DNA of 64,000 bases from Bdellovibrionales bacterium. GTDB lineage: Bacteria; Bdellovibrionota; Bdellovibrionia; Bdellovibrionales; UBA1609. Of the stretch, positions 38,623 through 49,190 are shown piece by piece. The notes beneath the pieces were generated by a model. It ran no database searches and was not told the origin of the DNA. It saw only the letters and a list, made by a program, of their open reading frames with translations. The stretch spans positions 512,001-576,000 of the forward strand of contig CBDHDF010000010.1 of assembly GCA_965261545.1 (NCBI GenBank). Direction: 5' to 3'. Each line of letters starts with the position of its first letter. The stretch's first letter is position 1. Made by a program: the position numbers and the translations under genes.

Positions 38623-39936
38623 TCACGGATTGAAGGAGTCCAGAGAGAAGTTCTTTAAGAAGGAATCTTCCAGTAAACGCCCTATCACAGCCCAAACCTG
38701 GGTGAGTTCCTCTGGAGTTATACAATAGGGTGGTAATACATAGAGGATGTTTCCAAGGGGTCTTAGAAAAACTCCCTCTTCCATGGCTCTTTGGGTAATG
38801 ATTTGAGAGAAAGGGGACTCATACCCCCTCTGGTCTGAGGCAAGTTCGATGGCGGCCACAGTGCCACACACTCTTGTATCCACAACACAGGGGTGACTTC
38901 TATAAGGAGCTATATTTTTCATATGAATATGGTGAATTTGTTCCCATTTTGATTTTAAGACGTGATCTTTCATAAGTTGAGTGCTCGCTGTCGCTGCGGC
39001 ACAAGCTATTGGATTGGCCGTAAAACTGTGACCATGAAAAAGCATTTTACTTTTTTCTTCATCGAGAAAACATTGATAAACTTCAGGTGTGGCTATGGTC
39101 AAAGACAGAGGGAGAAAACCGCCCGTAAGACCCTTTGACAGACAAATTATATCTGGCTTTTCGTCAATATGATCCATGGCAAAATTTCGCCCTGTTCTTC
39201 CAAAGCCTGTCATGACTTCATCAAAAATAACATAAGCTCCATGTTTACGTGCCACTTGCACGACTTCGCTCAAAGCCTGAGGGGGCCACATAATCATTCC
39301 ACCGGCACCCTGGATAAGTGGCTCCACAATAAGAGCCGCCACACGACTGCCATGCTCTTCCATTTGATTCTTAAGGTCATCCACATAGGAAGTCCATGGG
39401 GCTGTACTCTTTGTGCCTTGTTCAACATGAATGACATCAAAGAGCATTTCCTTGTAGGGCTGGGTGAAAAGACTCGGTCCGCCCACACTCATAGCGCCAG
39501 CTGTATCGCCATGATAAGCCTGCTTAAAGGCGACAAAACGATTTCTCGTAGCTTCCCCCTTTTGTTGACAAGCCTGGAGAGCCATTTTTAAAGAAACTTC
39601 CACGGCTGTGGAGCCGTTATCTGAGAAAAAGAAATGTTTGAGGGAAGAGGGAAGGAGTTCTTGCAAAGATTCTATGAGTTGCTCAGCTGGTTCATGAGAA
39701 AAATTTCCAAACAAAACCTGATCCACTTGTTCAAGTTGTCTTTGAACTGCTTGAACCACTTGGGGGTGGCAGTGGCCATGGGTAATTACCCACCAAGACG
39801 AAATGGCGTCAATAAGTTCTTGCCCATTTTCCAAAAACAACTTGGCTCCACGGGAACCCACAACCCTAGGGGGAGGGGCCGCTAACTTCATTTGCGTAAA
39901 AGGACGCCAGAGAGAAGAGTTCATATCATGACTCAT
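38623..39936 (-). CDS. bioA: Adenosylmethionine-8-amino-7-oxononanoate aminotransferase
   Basis: Motifs WRPFTQM, DAISSWW, YHGDT, FDEVMTGFGRTG, SKGLTGG and HGHSFTANP. Confidence 0.96.
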   Translation of the reverse strand: MSHDMNSSLWRPFTQMKLAAPPPRVVGSRGAKLFLENGQELIDAISSWWVITHGHCHPQVVQAVQRQLEQVDQVLFGNFSHEPAEQLIESLQELLPSSLKHFFFSDNGSTAVEVSLKMALQACQQKGEATRNRFVAFKQAYHGDTAGAMSVGGPSLFTQPYKEMLFDVIHVEQGTKSTAPWTSYVDDLKNQMEEHGSRVAALIVEPLIQGAGGMIMWPPQALSEVVQVARKHGAYVIFDEVMTGFGRTGRNFAMDHIDEKPDIICLSKGLTGGFLPLSLTIATPEVYQCFLDEEKSKMLFHGHSFTANPIACAAATASTQLMKDHVLKSKWEQIHHIHMKNIAPYRSHPCVVDTRVCGTVAAIELASDQRGYESPFSQIITQRAMEEGVFLRPLGNILYVLPPYCITPEELTQVWAVIGRLLEDSFLKNFSLDSFNP

Positions 39937-40675
39937 AGGGGCCTCGCTTACTTATAAGGGCGTGTTTATTCAAGAGAGGACTCGCAAATTTTTGATCTTG
40001 AGGGGGTGGCGTAGCCTCTTGGTGAAAAACGGCCTTTTGGGGTATGACCTGTGGAGGCATGGCCTTTTGGGGGACTGCCTCCATCCAAGAATCGAGCAAA
40101 CATTTAAAAGCAGCTTCTTCTTTGTTTGCAAATATTTTTTGTCTCTGAGGGGCTTTTTCTGGATCCAATTCATAAATGAGAAAGCGCATTGTTTCTAGGT
40201 GAGAATTTTCTTCGTTGAGAATCCCTTGCAATTTGAAAGTTCGCTCCTTGTATAATTTAAACGGCCTGATGATCTGAAGATAGAGTGTATAAACAAAAAT
40301 GGCTCTCTCTTCGATAAGCCATGTTACATAGAGATAATTGAGCCGAGTGTTCGTCACTTGTAACTCATGGGTCACCATGTGATCGAGAGATTGGAAATAA
40401 TCCTTAGAAGACTTTCCCGCAAGCAGTGCATCTTCACTGTAATTGGGGCAAGCTCCTGGCAGAGTTTTTTCTGAAAGCTTCTTAAAAAAATAAGCATGGC
40501 GAGTTTCTTCAGCAATATGCTCCATCATCATAAGGTCTAAGCTATGGGCCTCTTGACTCTTGATAATTTTGCGTGCTCCGATGTATTCTAGAAGTGAAAG
40601 GGTATTGAGCCATTTTGCATGGTGCAAAGGTTCGTGGGCAAGGGTATTTAAAAAATTGATAATTGTTTGGTGCAT
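39926..40675 (-). CDS. Ferritin-like diiron protein in the bio operon (BioE-like candidate)
   Basis: Helical protein with the ligand pattern E..EETRH..E..EENSH. Overlaps the bioA start. Confidence 0.7.
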   Translation of the reverse strand: MHQTIINFLNTLAHEPLHHAKWLNTLSLLEYIGARKIIKSQEAHSLDLMMMEHIAEETRHAYFFKKLSEKTLPGACPNYSEDALLAGKSSKDYFQSLDHMVTHELQVTNTRLNYLYVTWLIEERAIFVYTLYLQIIRPFKLYKERTFKLQGILNEENSHLETMRFLIYELDPEKAPQRQKIFANKEEAAFKCLLDSWMEAVPQKAMPPQVIPQKAVFHQEATPPPQDQKFASPLLNKHALISKRGPYES

Positions 40676-40759
40676 ATGTTTTTCACCTCTGCATATGTTT
40701 TTTTACTGCTGTTTCTCGGTAAATCCTAATTCTCGACAAGTCCTTATTTTCGACAAGTC

Positions 40760-41365
40760 CTAGGCCCAAAAAAAACCGTATCCAAGCTTGAGATCTAAAT
40801 ATTCAAAATTCTCTAGATTTTCAAGCCAAGGAAACTCAAAAACTGGTATCTTTGATAAACGCTCTATGGTTTGGCGGTTGGACTCATTGGGGGGGCCCAC
40901 CATCACCACAGAGTGAATATTCAGGTTTCGTTTTTTAAGAGCCTCAATACTGAGCAGGCTATGATTTAAGGTGCCAAGAGAGCTTTTTGCAACAAGAATG
41001 ACGGGTAAGCCTAGGTGCGACATTAAATCCATCATATTGTGCTCCCATGTTATGGGCACGTAAACACCTCCTGCACCCTCCACAATAAGGGGCTGAGGTC
41101 CCAAAGGCATCTTGCAATGGGTGGTGGTGATATCCAAGTCAATACCTTCTAGCTCAGAAGCTCTATGGGGGGAGAGGGGGTGCTTTAATTTATAAGCACT
41201 CGGGTGAACTTTGGTGCTTCCCACAAGGTCCCTCACAGTTTCTTCATCGGATGGCTCTCCGCACTGAATGGGCTTCCAATATTTACCACCACCACACTTT
41301 GTGAGGTAGGCTGAAAAAATTGTTTTGCCAATATCTGTGTCTGTTCCCGTAACAAAATAGCTCAT
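40760..41365 (-). CDS. bioD: Dethiobiotin synthase
   Basis: Motifs VTGTDTDIGKT, YWKPIQCG, VEGAGG and LGTLNH. Confidence 0.96.
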   Translation of the reverse strand: MSYFVTGTDTDIGKTIFSAYLTKCGGGKYWKPIQCGEPSDEETVRDLVGSTKVHPSAYKLKHPLSPHRASELEGIDLDITTTHCKMPLGPQPLIVEGAGGVYVPITWEHNMMDLMSHLGLPVILVAKSSLGTLNHSLLSIEALKKRNLNIHSVVMVGPPNESNRQTIERLSKIPVFEFPWLENLENFEYLDLKLGYGFFWA

Positions 41366-41386
41366 AAATTTTCCTCTATGCCTCTT

Positions 41387-42592
41387 CTATGTCTCCTTAA
41401 TGAAGTGAAACACCTCTTCGAGTTGCTGGCGAGTCTGTGTACTTTTTAAGCAGATTCTTAAGCGTTCATTGCCCTTGGCCACTGTGGGGTAGCGAATGGG
41501 CTTAATATTAAAATTTTTTCTTTGAAGACCCTCTGCCACCCTTGTTACTTGTCGGCTGCCAGGAACCAAAACAGAAACGATATGACTCCTTTGGGTTCCT
41601 CTCCCATCACTGTGGGCATAACTGTGGTTTTTACCTAGGTGGGTCCAAAGCCAATCCATATGCTCCCATAGCTTCTGGCGAAGTTGGGGTTCAGATTCCC
41701 ACACCGTCCAAGCTGCCATCCACTGCTCCATCACCAGAGGAGAGGGGGCTGTTGTGTATATAAAACTCCTGGAAGTATTGATAAGCCACTTTTTAACTTC
41801 CTCCGAACAAAGGACAAAGGCCCCCTGACTTCCAAAAGCCTTCCCCATAGTGTGAACGGAGATGATATTTCTTTTGCTCTCTAAATCATCCACAAAACCC
41901 AAGCCCTTTTGTCCATAAATCCCCGTGGCATGGGCCTCGTCAATGAACAACCAAGCTTCATGTTTTTGAGCGAGGGCGTAAAGATCTTGGAGGGGAGCAA
42001 AGTCACCCTCCATGCTGAAGAGACTTTCACTGATGATAACCTTAAAGGGGGGGGGCTCCAGGGGAGCCTTTTCTATGAAGGGAGCTTTTTCCATAGGTGA
42101 CTGGGGAGAAGGATGACCTTCAATTTGAGACATTTTTTCTTCTAGGTCCCTAAGGTCGCAATGTTTATAAATGGACTTTGAGGCCCCCGAAAGTCGAATG
42201 CCATCGATGAGGCTTGCATGGTTGAGTTCGTCAGAAAATATATGGACATTTGAAAATATATGGGTATTTGAAAATAAAGAAGTTATGACACCAACATTGG
42301 CTAGGTAACCACTTCCATACACCAAGGCGGATGGACGCTGAAATTTGTGGGCTAGAAATTTTTCCACCTTTTCATGCTGCAGATGGTGACCACAGAGGAG
42401 TCGTGATCCCCCTGAACCCATGGGTACCCCCCTTTGCAAAGCTTCTATAAGAGTTTCGCGAATATGCGGATGATGAGATAACCCCAAAATATCGTTGGAC
42501 GAAAAATCTACACCCGTGGATAGAGATAGTTGGCGGCAAAGACCCTTTTCTTCTAGTTGAGTGAGCTTTCTACGGAGGGTGTTTTCAAGCAT
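41387..42592 (-). CDS. bioF: 8-amino-7-oxononanoate synthase
   Basis: Motifs FSSND.LGL, GSGGSRL, SGYLAN, NHASLIDG, DEAHA and TMGKA. Confidence 0.95.
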   Translation of the reverse strand: MLENTLRRKLTQLEEKGLCRQLSLSTGVDFSSNDILGLSHHPHIRETLIEALQRGVPMGSGGSRLLCGHHLQHEKVEKFLAHKFQRPSALVYGSGYLANVGVITSLFSNTHIFSNVHIFSDELNHASLIDGIRLSGASKSIYKHCDLRDLEEKMSQIEGHPSPQSPMEKAPFIEKAPLEPPPFKVIISESLFSMEGDFAPLQDLYALAQKHEAWLFIDEAHATGIYGQKGLGFVDDLESKRNIISVHTMGKAFGSQGAFVLCSEEVKKWLINTSRSFIYTTAPSPLVMEQWMAAWTVWESEPQLRQKLWEHMDWLWTHLGKNHSYAHSDGRGTQRSHIVSVLVPGSRQVTRVAEGLQRKNFNIKPIRYPTVAKGNERLRICLKSTQTRQQLEEVFHFIKET

Positions 42593-43620
42593 TCCATGGG
42601 CTCCATGGGTTTTAGGCTTAAGTCTTCAAAAAGCTTTTGATCTTTTGAAACTTCAGGATTGGGGGAAGTCAAAAGTCTTTCCCCTAGGAAAATAGAATTG
42701 GCCCCTGCATAAAAACAGAGAAGCTGCTCAGCAGATGTCATGTTAATTCGCCCCGCACTGAGGCGAATCATGGAATTTGGCATATGCACCCTTGCCGTTG
42801 CAATGACCCGCACCACATCCAAAGTTTCCACAGGTTTTTGTTTGGCCAAAGGTGTGCCCTCGATGGCCACAAGAGTATTGATGGTGACACTTTCTGGTTG
42901 AGGGTTCATTTTTACCAGTTGGTGTAAGAAGTGAATGCGATCTTTATGGGCTTCTCCCAGCCCAAGAATCCCACCCGTGCAAACAGTGATCCCTGCTTCA
43001 CGCACATGGCTTAATGTTTTCAGACGATCTTGAAACTGACGGGTCGAAATGACCTTCTCATAAAAATCTTCAGAGCAATCTATATTGTGGTTGTAGGCGT
43101 AAAGCCCGGCATCTTTAAGTTGTTGGGCTTGATGCTTTTTCAGCATACCTAAGGTGCAGCAAACTTCCATATCCATGGAACTTATACGTCGTACCATCTC
43201 TAAAACACGATTGAATTGAGGGCCGTCACGGACCTCTCTCCAAGCGGCTCCCATGCAAAACCGTGTCGCCCCTTCAGCTTTGGCCCTTTGGGCTTCAAAG
43301 ATAACTTCATTCACTTCCATGAGGTCTTCTTTTTGAACCCCCGTTTTGTAATGGGCCGACTGGGGGCAATAGGCGCAATCTTCAGGACAGCCCCCTGTTT
43401 TAATAGAAAGCAAACGACTTGTTTGAATGGTCATGGGGTCGAAGCAAGACCTATGAATTCTATGAGCCTTTTCGATAAGCTCCACCATGGGAAGTCCATA
43501 GGTTTTTTGGATAGATTGAATAGATTGTATAGAAAAAGCAGACTGTATGTCGCCACTGGAAGAATCAGATTGAAGTTGAGTTTCAAGCTCCATAGAAGCG
43601 ATAGGTTCCTCCAATATCAC
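42553..43620 (-). CDS. bioB: Biotin synthase
   Basis: Motifs KTGGCPEDCAYCPQS, YNHN, RLSAGR and GANSIF. Confidence 0.97.
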   Translation of the reverse strand: MILEEPIASMELETQLQSDSSSGDIQSAFSIQSIQSIQKTYGLPMVELIEKAHRIHRSCFDPMTIQTSRLLSIKTGGCPEDCAYCPQSAHYKTGVQKEDLMEVNEVIFEAQRAKAEGATRFCMGAAWREVRDGPQFNRVLEMVRRISSMDMEVCCTLGMLKKHQAQQLKDAGLYAYNHNIDCSEDFYEKVISTRQFQDRLKTLSHVREAGITVCTGGILGLGEAHKDRIHFLHQLVKMNPQPESVTINTLVAIEGTPLAKQKPVETLDVVRVIATARVHMPNSMIRLSAGRINMTSAEQLLCFYAGANSIFLGERLLTSPNPEVSKDQKLFEDLSLKPMEPMECLKTPSVESSLN

Positions 43621-43903
43621 TGAAAAAGCAAGGCTTGTTGCCTACTGTTAAGTTTGATGACAGGCGTCGGTTTTATATTCATTATTCTCTCAAGGAAGTT
43701 TTTAGAAGGTCTTTTATTTCAACAACTTACCAATCGCCTTCCCAGGCACTCTATTTGCTCCATAAAACATCAAGTTGTCGAAGCAAAGGTTAGGGGAAAC
43801 CTTTGCAACTTGAATTTGTTGCAAAACGAACAATGAGCTGAATAGACTCTCATGTGGGAAGTCCCCGTTTCCATGATGGGTTACAAATCCTTAGGAGGCA
43901 AAA

Positions 43904-44785
43904 TTGAAACAAATATCTTCATTATTTATACTCTGGTTCTCATCCCTGTTTTTAATGGGGTGCTTTGGACAAAACAGCGAATTCGATAACAAGTCTGTTG
44001 AGATTGTTGAAAGTCAGAGCCTCCCATCCAATACGGATACAAATACAGAGAGTACTCGCAACACGGATACAAATACAGGAAGTAATGACAATAAAGAAAC
44101 CAGTAAAAATAATGAAAATAGCGAAAAGAGCGAAAATATTATTTGTAATCCTTTTGCGGAATCGAAGAAGTGTTCCCCTACCCAGTCGTCGTCCCAGACA
44201 AATGGTCTTATTGGGTACATATACTATTTAAAGTCTCTTCATGGCTCTTACTGGGGGCTTTATCATTCATCTCTCGACGATTATTTCGACTACGGTATCA
44301 AGGTTCCAAACCTTGTTCAAATGAGCCAAATCAATATTCCTGCGAGAGCTTTTCTGAAAGGTTTTAAAGTCGCCGATGGAAGTATTATTAAAGATAGGAA
44401 TGGCAATAAATTGTATGAATGGTTCTCATTGCGTCTTTCAGGTTTTATCATGCCCAATCGTAGCTCAAAAGAAAGGAGCTATGAATTTTCTATGCTGTCT
44501 GATGATGGAATGAGAGTTGTTATTGATGGACAAGTTATTCTAGAAGATGATGGATTGCACGAACCTCGATGGAGCTGTACCTCTCAATCTTATGTATTTA
44601 AGCCTTTAGCGAAAAAAAATATTGAGATTCATTACTTTCAAGGCCCTCGGACACACATTGCTATGACACTCATGTATCGCGTGGCAGGCACAGGTCAAGG
44701 GTGCCCTTCTAGAGATGTCGTCGAGCCATCCCATGGGAATTGGCAAGTCGTACCTTCAGATTTTTTTTATCCGAAGAAGCCCTAA
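43904..44785 (+). CDS. PA14-domain lipoprotein
   Basis: Lipobox LMGC, SDDGM, DDGLH and YFQGP. Confidence 0.8.
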   Translation: MKQISSLFILWFSSLFLMGCFGQNSEFDNKSVEIVESQSLPSNTDTNTESTRNTDTNTGSNDNKETSKNNENSEKSENIICNPFAESKKCSPTQSSSQTNGLIGYIYYLKSLHGSYWGLYHSSLDDYFDYGIKVPNLVQMSQINIPARAFLKGFKVADGSIIKDRNGNKLYEWFSLRLSGFIMPNRSSKERSYEFSMLSDDGMRVVIDGQVILEDDGLHEPRWSCTSQSYVFKPLAKKNIEIHYFQGPRTHIAMTLMYRVAGTGQGCPSRDVVEPSHGNWQVVPSDFFYPKKP

Positions 44786-44801
44786 AGTCAATCTTGGTCG
44801 C

Positions 44802-45533
44802 TCATTTTGCACACATCACCCAAGAACCTCCCACAACGGCGGCGGGCAATAAAAGAAGGGTTAGGCCAGGCACCAACAAAGAAAGGCTCAACATGGTCGC
44901 CATACCTGAAAACTCAGGGAGGTGATTTCTAAAATATTTAAATCTCTGGGCAAGGCCCATCTGTTGAGCTTCAAATGAATAATCCATAGAGTCAAAGGCC
45001 ATAATAAGGGTCAAACCAAAAACTGCCAACACATTGACAAGAGGAATAAAAGAAAAAACAAACAAAATGATACCAATAAGGGCAAAGACAAAAGAACGCA
45101 CCATAGAGACCATGAACATACGAAGACTGTTGGTCAACCAAGCACTCCCATAAGAAGAAGAACTTTTCAAAAGTCCATAGTGGACCAAAGTCTTTTCAGC
45201 CATGATGGCATTAAAGGGGGCGGCAATCACTGTGGATAACAAAAAAGTCGCATACAAGAGCAAGCCCACAAATACCACCCAAAAGAAGAAGCCGAGCAGA
45301 GGTGAAAGAAGAGCATAGGCCCAACCACTGGAGTCACTAAAAATACGCTCTAGAGCCTGAGTTTTCCATGCAGACACCTTCTCTCGACCTACAGAAAAAC
45401 CAAAGATCAGAATAAGCCCATCAATAACAAAGGGAATTACGGCCCAAACCAAGAGACCTGGAATACCAAAGATCGCCTTGATTCCCTGAAAAACAAACGC
45501 CATTCCCCTGCTATAACGATAGAGTAAAGTCAT
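44802..45533 (-). CDS. EI24/CysZ-domain membrane protein
   Basis: IAAPFN..AEK and DY motifs, multiple TM helices. Confidence 0.8.
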   Translation of the reverse strand: MTLLYRYSRGMAFVFQGIKAIFGIPGLLVWAVIPFVIDGLILIFGFSVGREKVSAWKTQALERIFSDSSGWAYALLSPLLGFFFWVVFVGLLLYATFLLSTVIAAPFNAIMAEKTLVHYGLLKSSSSYGSAWLTNSLRMFMVSMVRSFVFALIGIILFVFSFIPLVNVLAVFGLTLIMAFDSMDYSFEAQQMGLAQRFKYFRNHLPEFSGMATMLSLSLLVPGLTLLLLPAAVVGGSWVMCAK

Positions 45534-45571
45534 ACACGCCTTTTATATAGAATTATAGTCATACATATTTT

Positions 45572-46771
45572 TTATTTTGTCTTTGTGCTTTGTTTAGTCT
45601 GCTTTAAGTAGGCCACAAACTTTCTCTCATGTTGCCCTAGAATGGTAAACAAGTTGGTAACCCAAGGGCTCTTCCCAATCTCCCAAATTCTCCCTTTCTT
45701 AAGGTTTTGAAGGCAACTTAGAACCCTTTGCACCATTTTTGTCTGAACAATTAAATGCTTGCGAATCTGTTGTTGAGAAAGATTTTCTGATGGCTTTTTA
45801 TTGGCCTCTTCCCACAAGCCATCATAAACTTCAATGAGATGGTGCAAAGCCCTGTTGGACCATATTTTACTGTCAAACTCCACAGCCCTTAGAAGATAGA
45901 GTTGCTGGTGATCTAAGGCACCCACAGACCTTTTGCTTGGTCGCCTTCCTTGAAAAAATAAAGCCCTTTGATTGACCTTTCCCATGAGAAACAAAGTTTT
46001 TGCAAAGAGTTCCTTTTGTTTATAGGGGTCGGTCTTTTTGTTTCTCAAGGAGCGAAGTCCCTCTTCAGCCTTACTAAAGAAATGACGAGCCATCTTTTTA
46101 TTACCAAGCCTTAGGTAAGCCGCTCCAAGGCGCGCTGGAATCTCAGCCTTTCCGACTTCTTTGGGAAAGAACTCCACCTTCTGAAGGGCACCCATAAGGC
46201 TGGTCACCACTCTCTCATCTTTTCTTAAACACTCATAGGCATAGCTCAATCTCAAAAGAGACTGAACTTCAATCTTAGATAATTCCTTCCGGCGAGAGAC
46301 TTGAACTGCTTTTTTAAAGTAGCGAGCGGCTGTCTTACATTTTGCCAAACCCTCATAAGCACTTCCCACATTGTAGAGAGCCAGCAGTTCGAGTTGAGAG
46401 TCAGGGTGCTTTGCAAGAAGAGAGCGAAAGGCTTTCACAGCCTTTTTGTACTCTTCCTTATCCATATGCTTTAAGCCCTTCTGAAACTTCTGTAAGGCCG
46501 CCTCACCGGGTAAGAAAGCTTGATGATTCACCTTTCCTCCATGGGGAGAACCATTTTCTTTTCCTATATTTTTTCCAAGATTTGTTCCTATATATTTGCC
46601 CATGTAAGAGCAACCCAAGCAAAAATAAGTGACTGCAATAAGCCCCACCAAACCCATCCAAATCTTGACTATGGAAAAGAATCTCATTTTTCTGAACAGG
46701 ACTTTTATTTTTCTACATAGGACTTTCTTTTTTCTAAACAAAATTTTCATTTCTTTGAACAGGACTTTCAT
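45572..46771 (-). CDS. TPR-repeat lipoprotein
   Basis: Lipobox CLGC and TPR-like helices (ALYNVGSAYE, ARLGAAY). Confidence 0.7.
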   Translation of the reverse strand: MKVLFKEMKILFRKKKVLCRKIKVLFRKMRFFSIVKIWMGLVGLIAVTYFCLGCSYMGKYIGTNLGKNIGKENGSPHGGKVNHQAFLPGEAALQKFQKGLKHMDKEEYKKAVKAFRSLLAKHPDSQLELLALYNVGSAYEGLAKCKTAARYFKKAVQVSRRKELSKIEVQSLLRLSYAYECLRKDERVVTSLMGALQKVEFFPKEVGKAEIPARLGAAYLRLGNKKMARHFFSKAEEGLRSLRNKKTDPYKQKELFAKTLFLMGKVNQRALFFQGRRPSKRSVGALDHQQLYLLRAVEFDSKIWSNRALHHLIEVYDGLWEEANKKPSENLSQQQIRKHLIVQTKMVQRVLSCLQNLKKGRIWEIGKSPWVTNLFTILGQHERKFVAYLKQTKQSTKTK

Positions 46772-46813
46772 TTCTTCTCCCCTCTTTTTGATGTGAGCTA
46801 TTTTCGATATGAG

Positions 46814-47959
46814 CTACCTCTTCCAACTCTTGTAAAGAATTTGTCCAAACTCCTCCAAACTCTTTTGTCCCACCACTCCTCCCCTCAATTCAGGAACCAT
46901 CACAAAATCAGACCCCTCCCCAAGAGAAGTCTGAATTTGCTGGAGGGAAGAAATCTTTTCTCTGTACTCCAAAGAGAGACCACGACATAGGTCTGTCAAC
47001 CGAGGATCCGAAAACTCCATCTCTTTTCCTTCAAATTCTTCAAACCCCTCCCCCTCCATCCACGATGGATAGCAGCGATTCACAATCACCCCGTAAAGCC
47101 CTTGCCCTCTTTTCTTAAGTTCATGGGCCAAATAGCTCACCTCCTTATTTTTACTCTTATTTCCACTGGCGACAAGAAGAACTCTCGTGCTTTCACGACC
47201 AAGAATCTCTTCAAATCGACAACTGCTATGGACAATGGCCTGTTGGAGGTCCTGAGCACTGATAAAAAACTCTCTGAGTTCATCCACAAAATCAGGCCCT
47301 GTCACAAGCTCCATGGCTTTAAGAACTTGAAGAGTTCCCCGGTGAACAACCTTTCTAAAAAGACCCTGCTTCTCCGCCGGCTGGAGAAACCACTTAGAAA
47401 CAGAGTCATCAAAAAGGGCTCGAAGTTTTCCAGGAGCTTCTAAGAAATTCACGGCATGTTGTGTGGGAGGGGTGTCTAAAACAATGAGGTCATATTGACC
47501 CGAGCCATGGAACTCAAGGAGCCTTTCCAGAGAAGAAAACTCCTGGGACCCACTTAAAGTTGTGGAAAGCTGTTGAAATAATTTGTTGTTAAGCAGCCTC
47601 CCCGCCAGGTGGGCATCGGGGATCGAGCGCCTCACAAAGGAGCGAAAGGATTCTTCGGGATTGAGAAGATAGGCAAAAAGAGAACCTTCCCCCATAGTCG
47701 TGCTGGTGCCCACAGAGACCACGCCCGGACCTTGGGCTGCGGAGCTTAACCCCAAACTTGTGGCAAGCCGAAGAGATGGGTCAATGGTCATGACAAGAAC
47801 TCTTCGCCCTTGTTGGGCCGCCCTCATACCTAGGGAAGCTGCAAGGGTTGTCTTTCCCACTCCTCCACTGCCCATAACAAGAATAATTTTTGATTTTTCA
47901 AGAAGTTCATTCACTCTGCATCTACTTTCCATAGGTCTTATGGGACCAACGAAGACCAC
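46814..47959 (-). CDS. ArsA/GET3-like ATPase
   Basis: Motifs GSGGVGKTT, TIDP and DTPPT. Confidence 0.85.
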   Translation of the reverse strand: MVFVGPIRPMESRCRVNELLEKSKIILVMGSGGVGKTTLAASLGMRAAQQGRRVLVMTIDPSLRLATSLGLSSAAQGPGVVSVGTSTTMGEGSLFAYLLNPEESFRSFVRRSIPDAHLAGRLLNNKLFQQLSTTLSGSQEFSSLERLLEFHGSGQYDLIVLDTPPTQHAVNFLEAPGKLRALFDDSVSKWFLQPAEKQGLFRKVVHRGTLQVLKAMELVTGPDFVDELREFFISAQDLQQAIVHSSCRFEEILGRESTRVLLVASGNKSKNKEVSYLAHELKKRGQGLYGVIVNRCYPSWMEGEGFEEFEGKEMEFSDPRLTDLCRGLSLEYREKISSLQQIQTSLGEGSDFVMVPELRGGVVGQKSLEEFGQILYKSWKR

Positions 47960-48846
47960 CGAATTTTACCCACAAGATCGTCCACTCTCTGTCGACCACT
48001 TTCTCCAAAACCCATGGGAGACACAATCACCTTCAAGCCTTCAGCCTCAAACTTTTTCAAGGCTTCTTTCTTGTAGGAAAGATGGGCCCGAACATCACCT
48101 AAAAATTCTCTTTGCCTCATAGAAAGAGATTCTTTCTCCAAAGAAACCACAGTACTCCCTACAGCGTTCTCCACATTGGGGTAAACACGATTGAGAACCA
48201 CCGTGGGCTCAAGGTTGTGCTCTTTTCGCAACTGCTGACAGGTTTCTAGGGCTTCAACTACAGGCATCTCCTCCACTGTTGAAACCATATAAAGAGAAAA
48301 AATAGCTGGATTGAAGACCACATTTAAAATAGAACGACTCTCACGCCCCGCAGCTCCCTTGGAAACCACATAGCCTATACCCTTGGGAGCCATGAGAAGG
48401 GCCCGGCAATGCCCTGTGGAATAGGCATCAACAACCATCTCATCATAATCCATGGGAGGACCTATGCCCCGTGGCCCACTGGTGATTTTTCCCAAAATAG
48501 CAAGCTCACTTAAAGCGGGTGCGGCTCTTATTAAAGCCCCCATCACCTTGCTCTCAAAAAACAAGTCCACCAACTTGGAAACCTTTAAATAATAGGCCAA
48601 AAATTCTTTTAAACAATCCACCCCCGTCCACCGACTTACATGCAAATTAGGCAAAACCTCACGGGCCTCAAAGCCTATCGGTGCATTTGTAGGTGCATTA
48701 AAAAGTTGGGAGAACTCACTCACCAAACCCAGTTCGACCAAGAGAACTCGCTTTCCTGCCTTGGCCAAGTCCATAGCAAGCACAGCCGCCATGGTCGATT
48801 TACCAACTCCCCCCTTACCTGTAATTAAATGAATTCTCTGGCCCAC
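47938..48846 (-). CDS. ArsA/GET3-like ATPase (partner subunit)
   Basis: Motifs TGKGGVGKST, DAYSTGH and EEMPV.E. Confidence 0.85.
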   Translation of the reverse strand: MGQRIHLITGKGGVGKSTMAAVLAMDLAKAGKRVLLVELGLVSEFSQLFNAPTNAPIGFEAREVLPNLHVSRWTGVDCLKEFLAYYLKVSKLVDLFFESKVMGALIRAAPALSELAILGKITSGPRGIGPPMDYDEMVVDAYSTGHCRALLMAPKGIGYVVSKGAAGRESRSILNVVFNPAIFSLYMVSTVEEMPVVEALETCQQLRKEHNLEPTVVLNRVYPNVENAVGSTVVSLEKESLSMRQREFLGDVRAHLSYKKEALKKFEAEGLKVIVSPMGFGESGRQRVDDLVGKIRWSSLVP

Positions 48847-49190
48847 TCTTGATTCCTATTCTACAGATCACAGTCCAAACCCAACCCACCTCATCTTTTC
48901 TCCAAGTTCACTCTGTGTCAACTCTCACCCCGCAATGGTTCAATGAGCAACTTGAGAGTCCGCAGTTTTTTGTCCATAATGCCTAAATTATCTAAATACT
49001 TGTACTTGTCCTTGATCCGTGGAAGTTGATGGGCTATAAACCAGCCACAGTTTGCTTAAAACACTTTCTACTTCTTTGGAAGGACTTCATTTGAGACATC
49101 GTTAATATAAATTTAATATTTAATATTTAATATTTAATATAAAAATATAAATCTAATATAAAAAAAATTTCATGAGTATAAGGAGAATCT

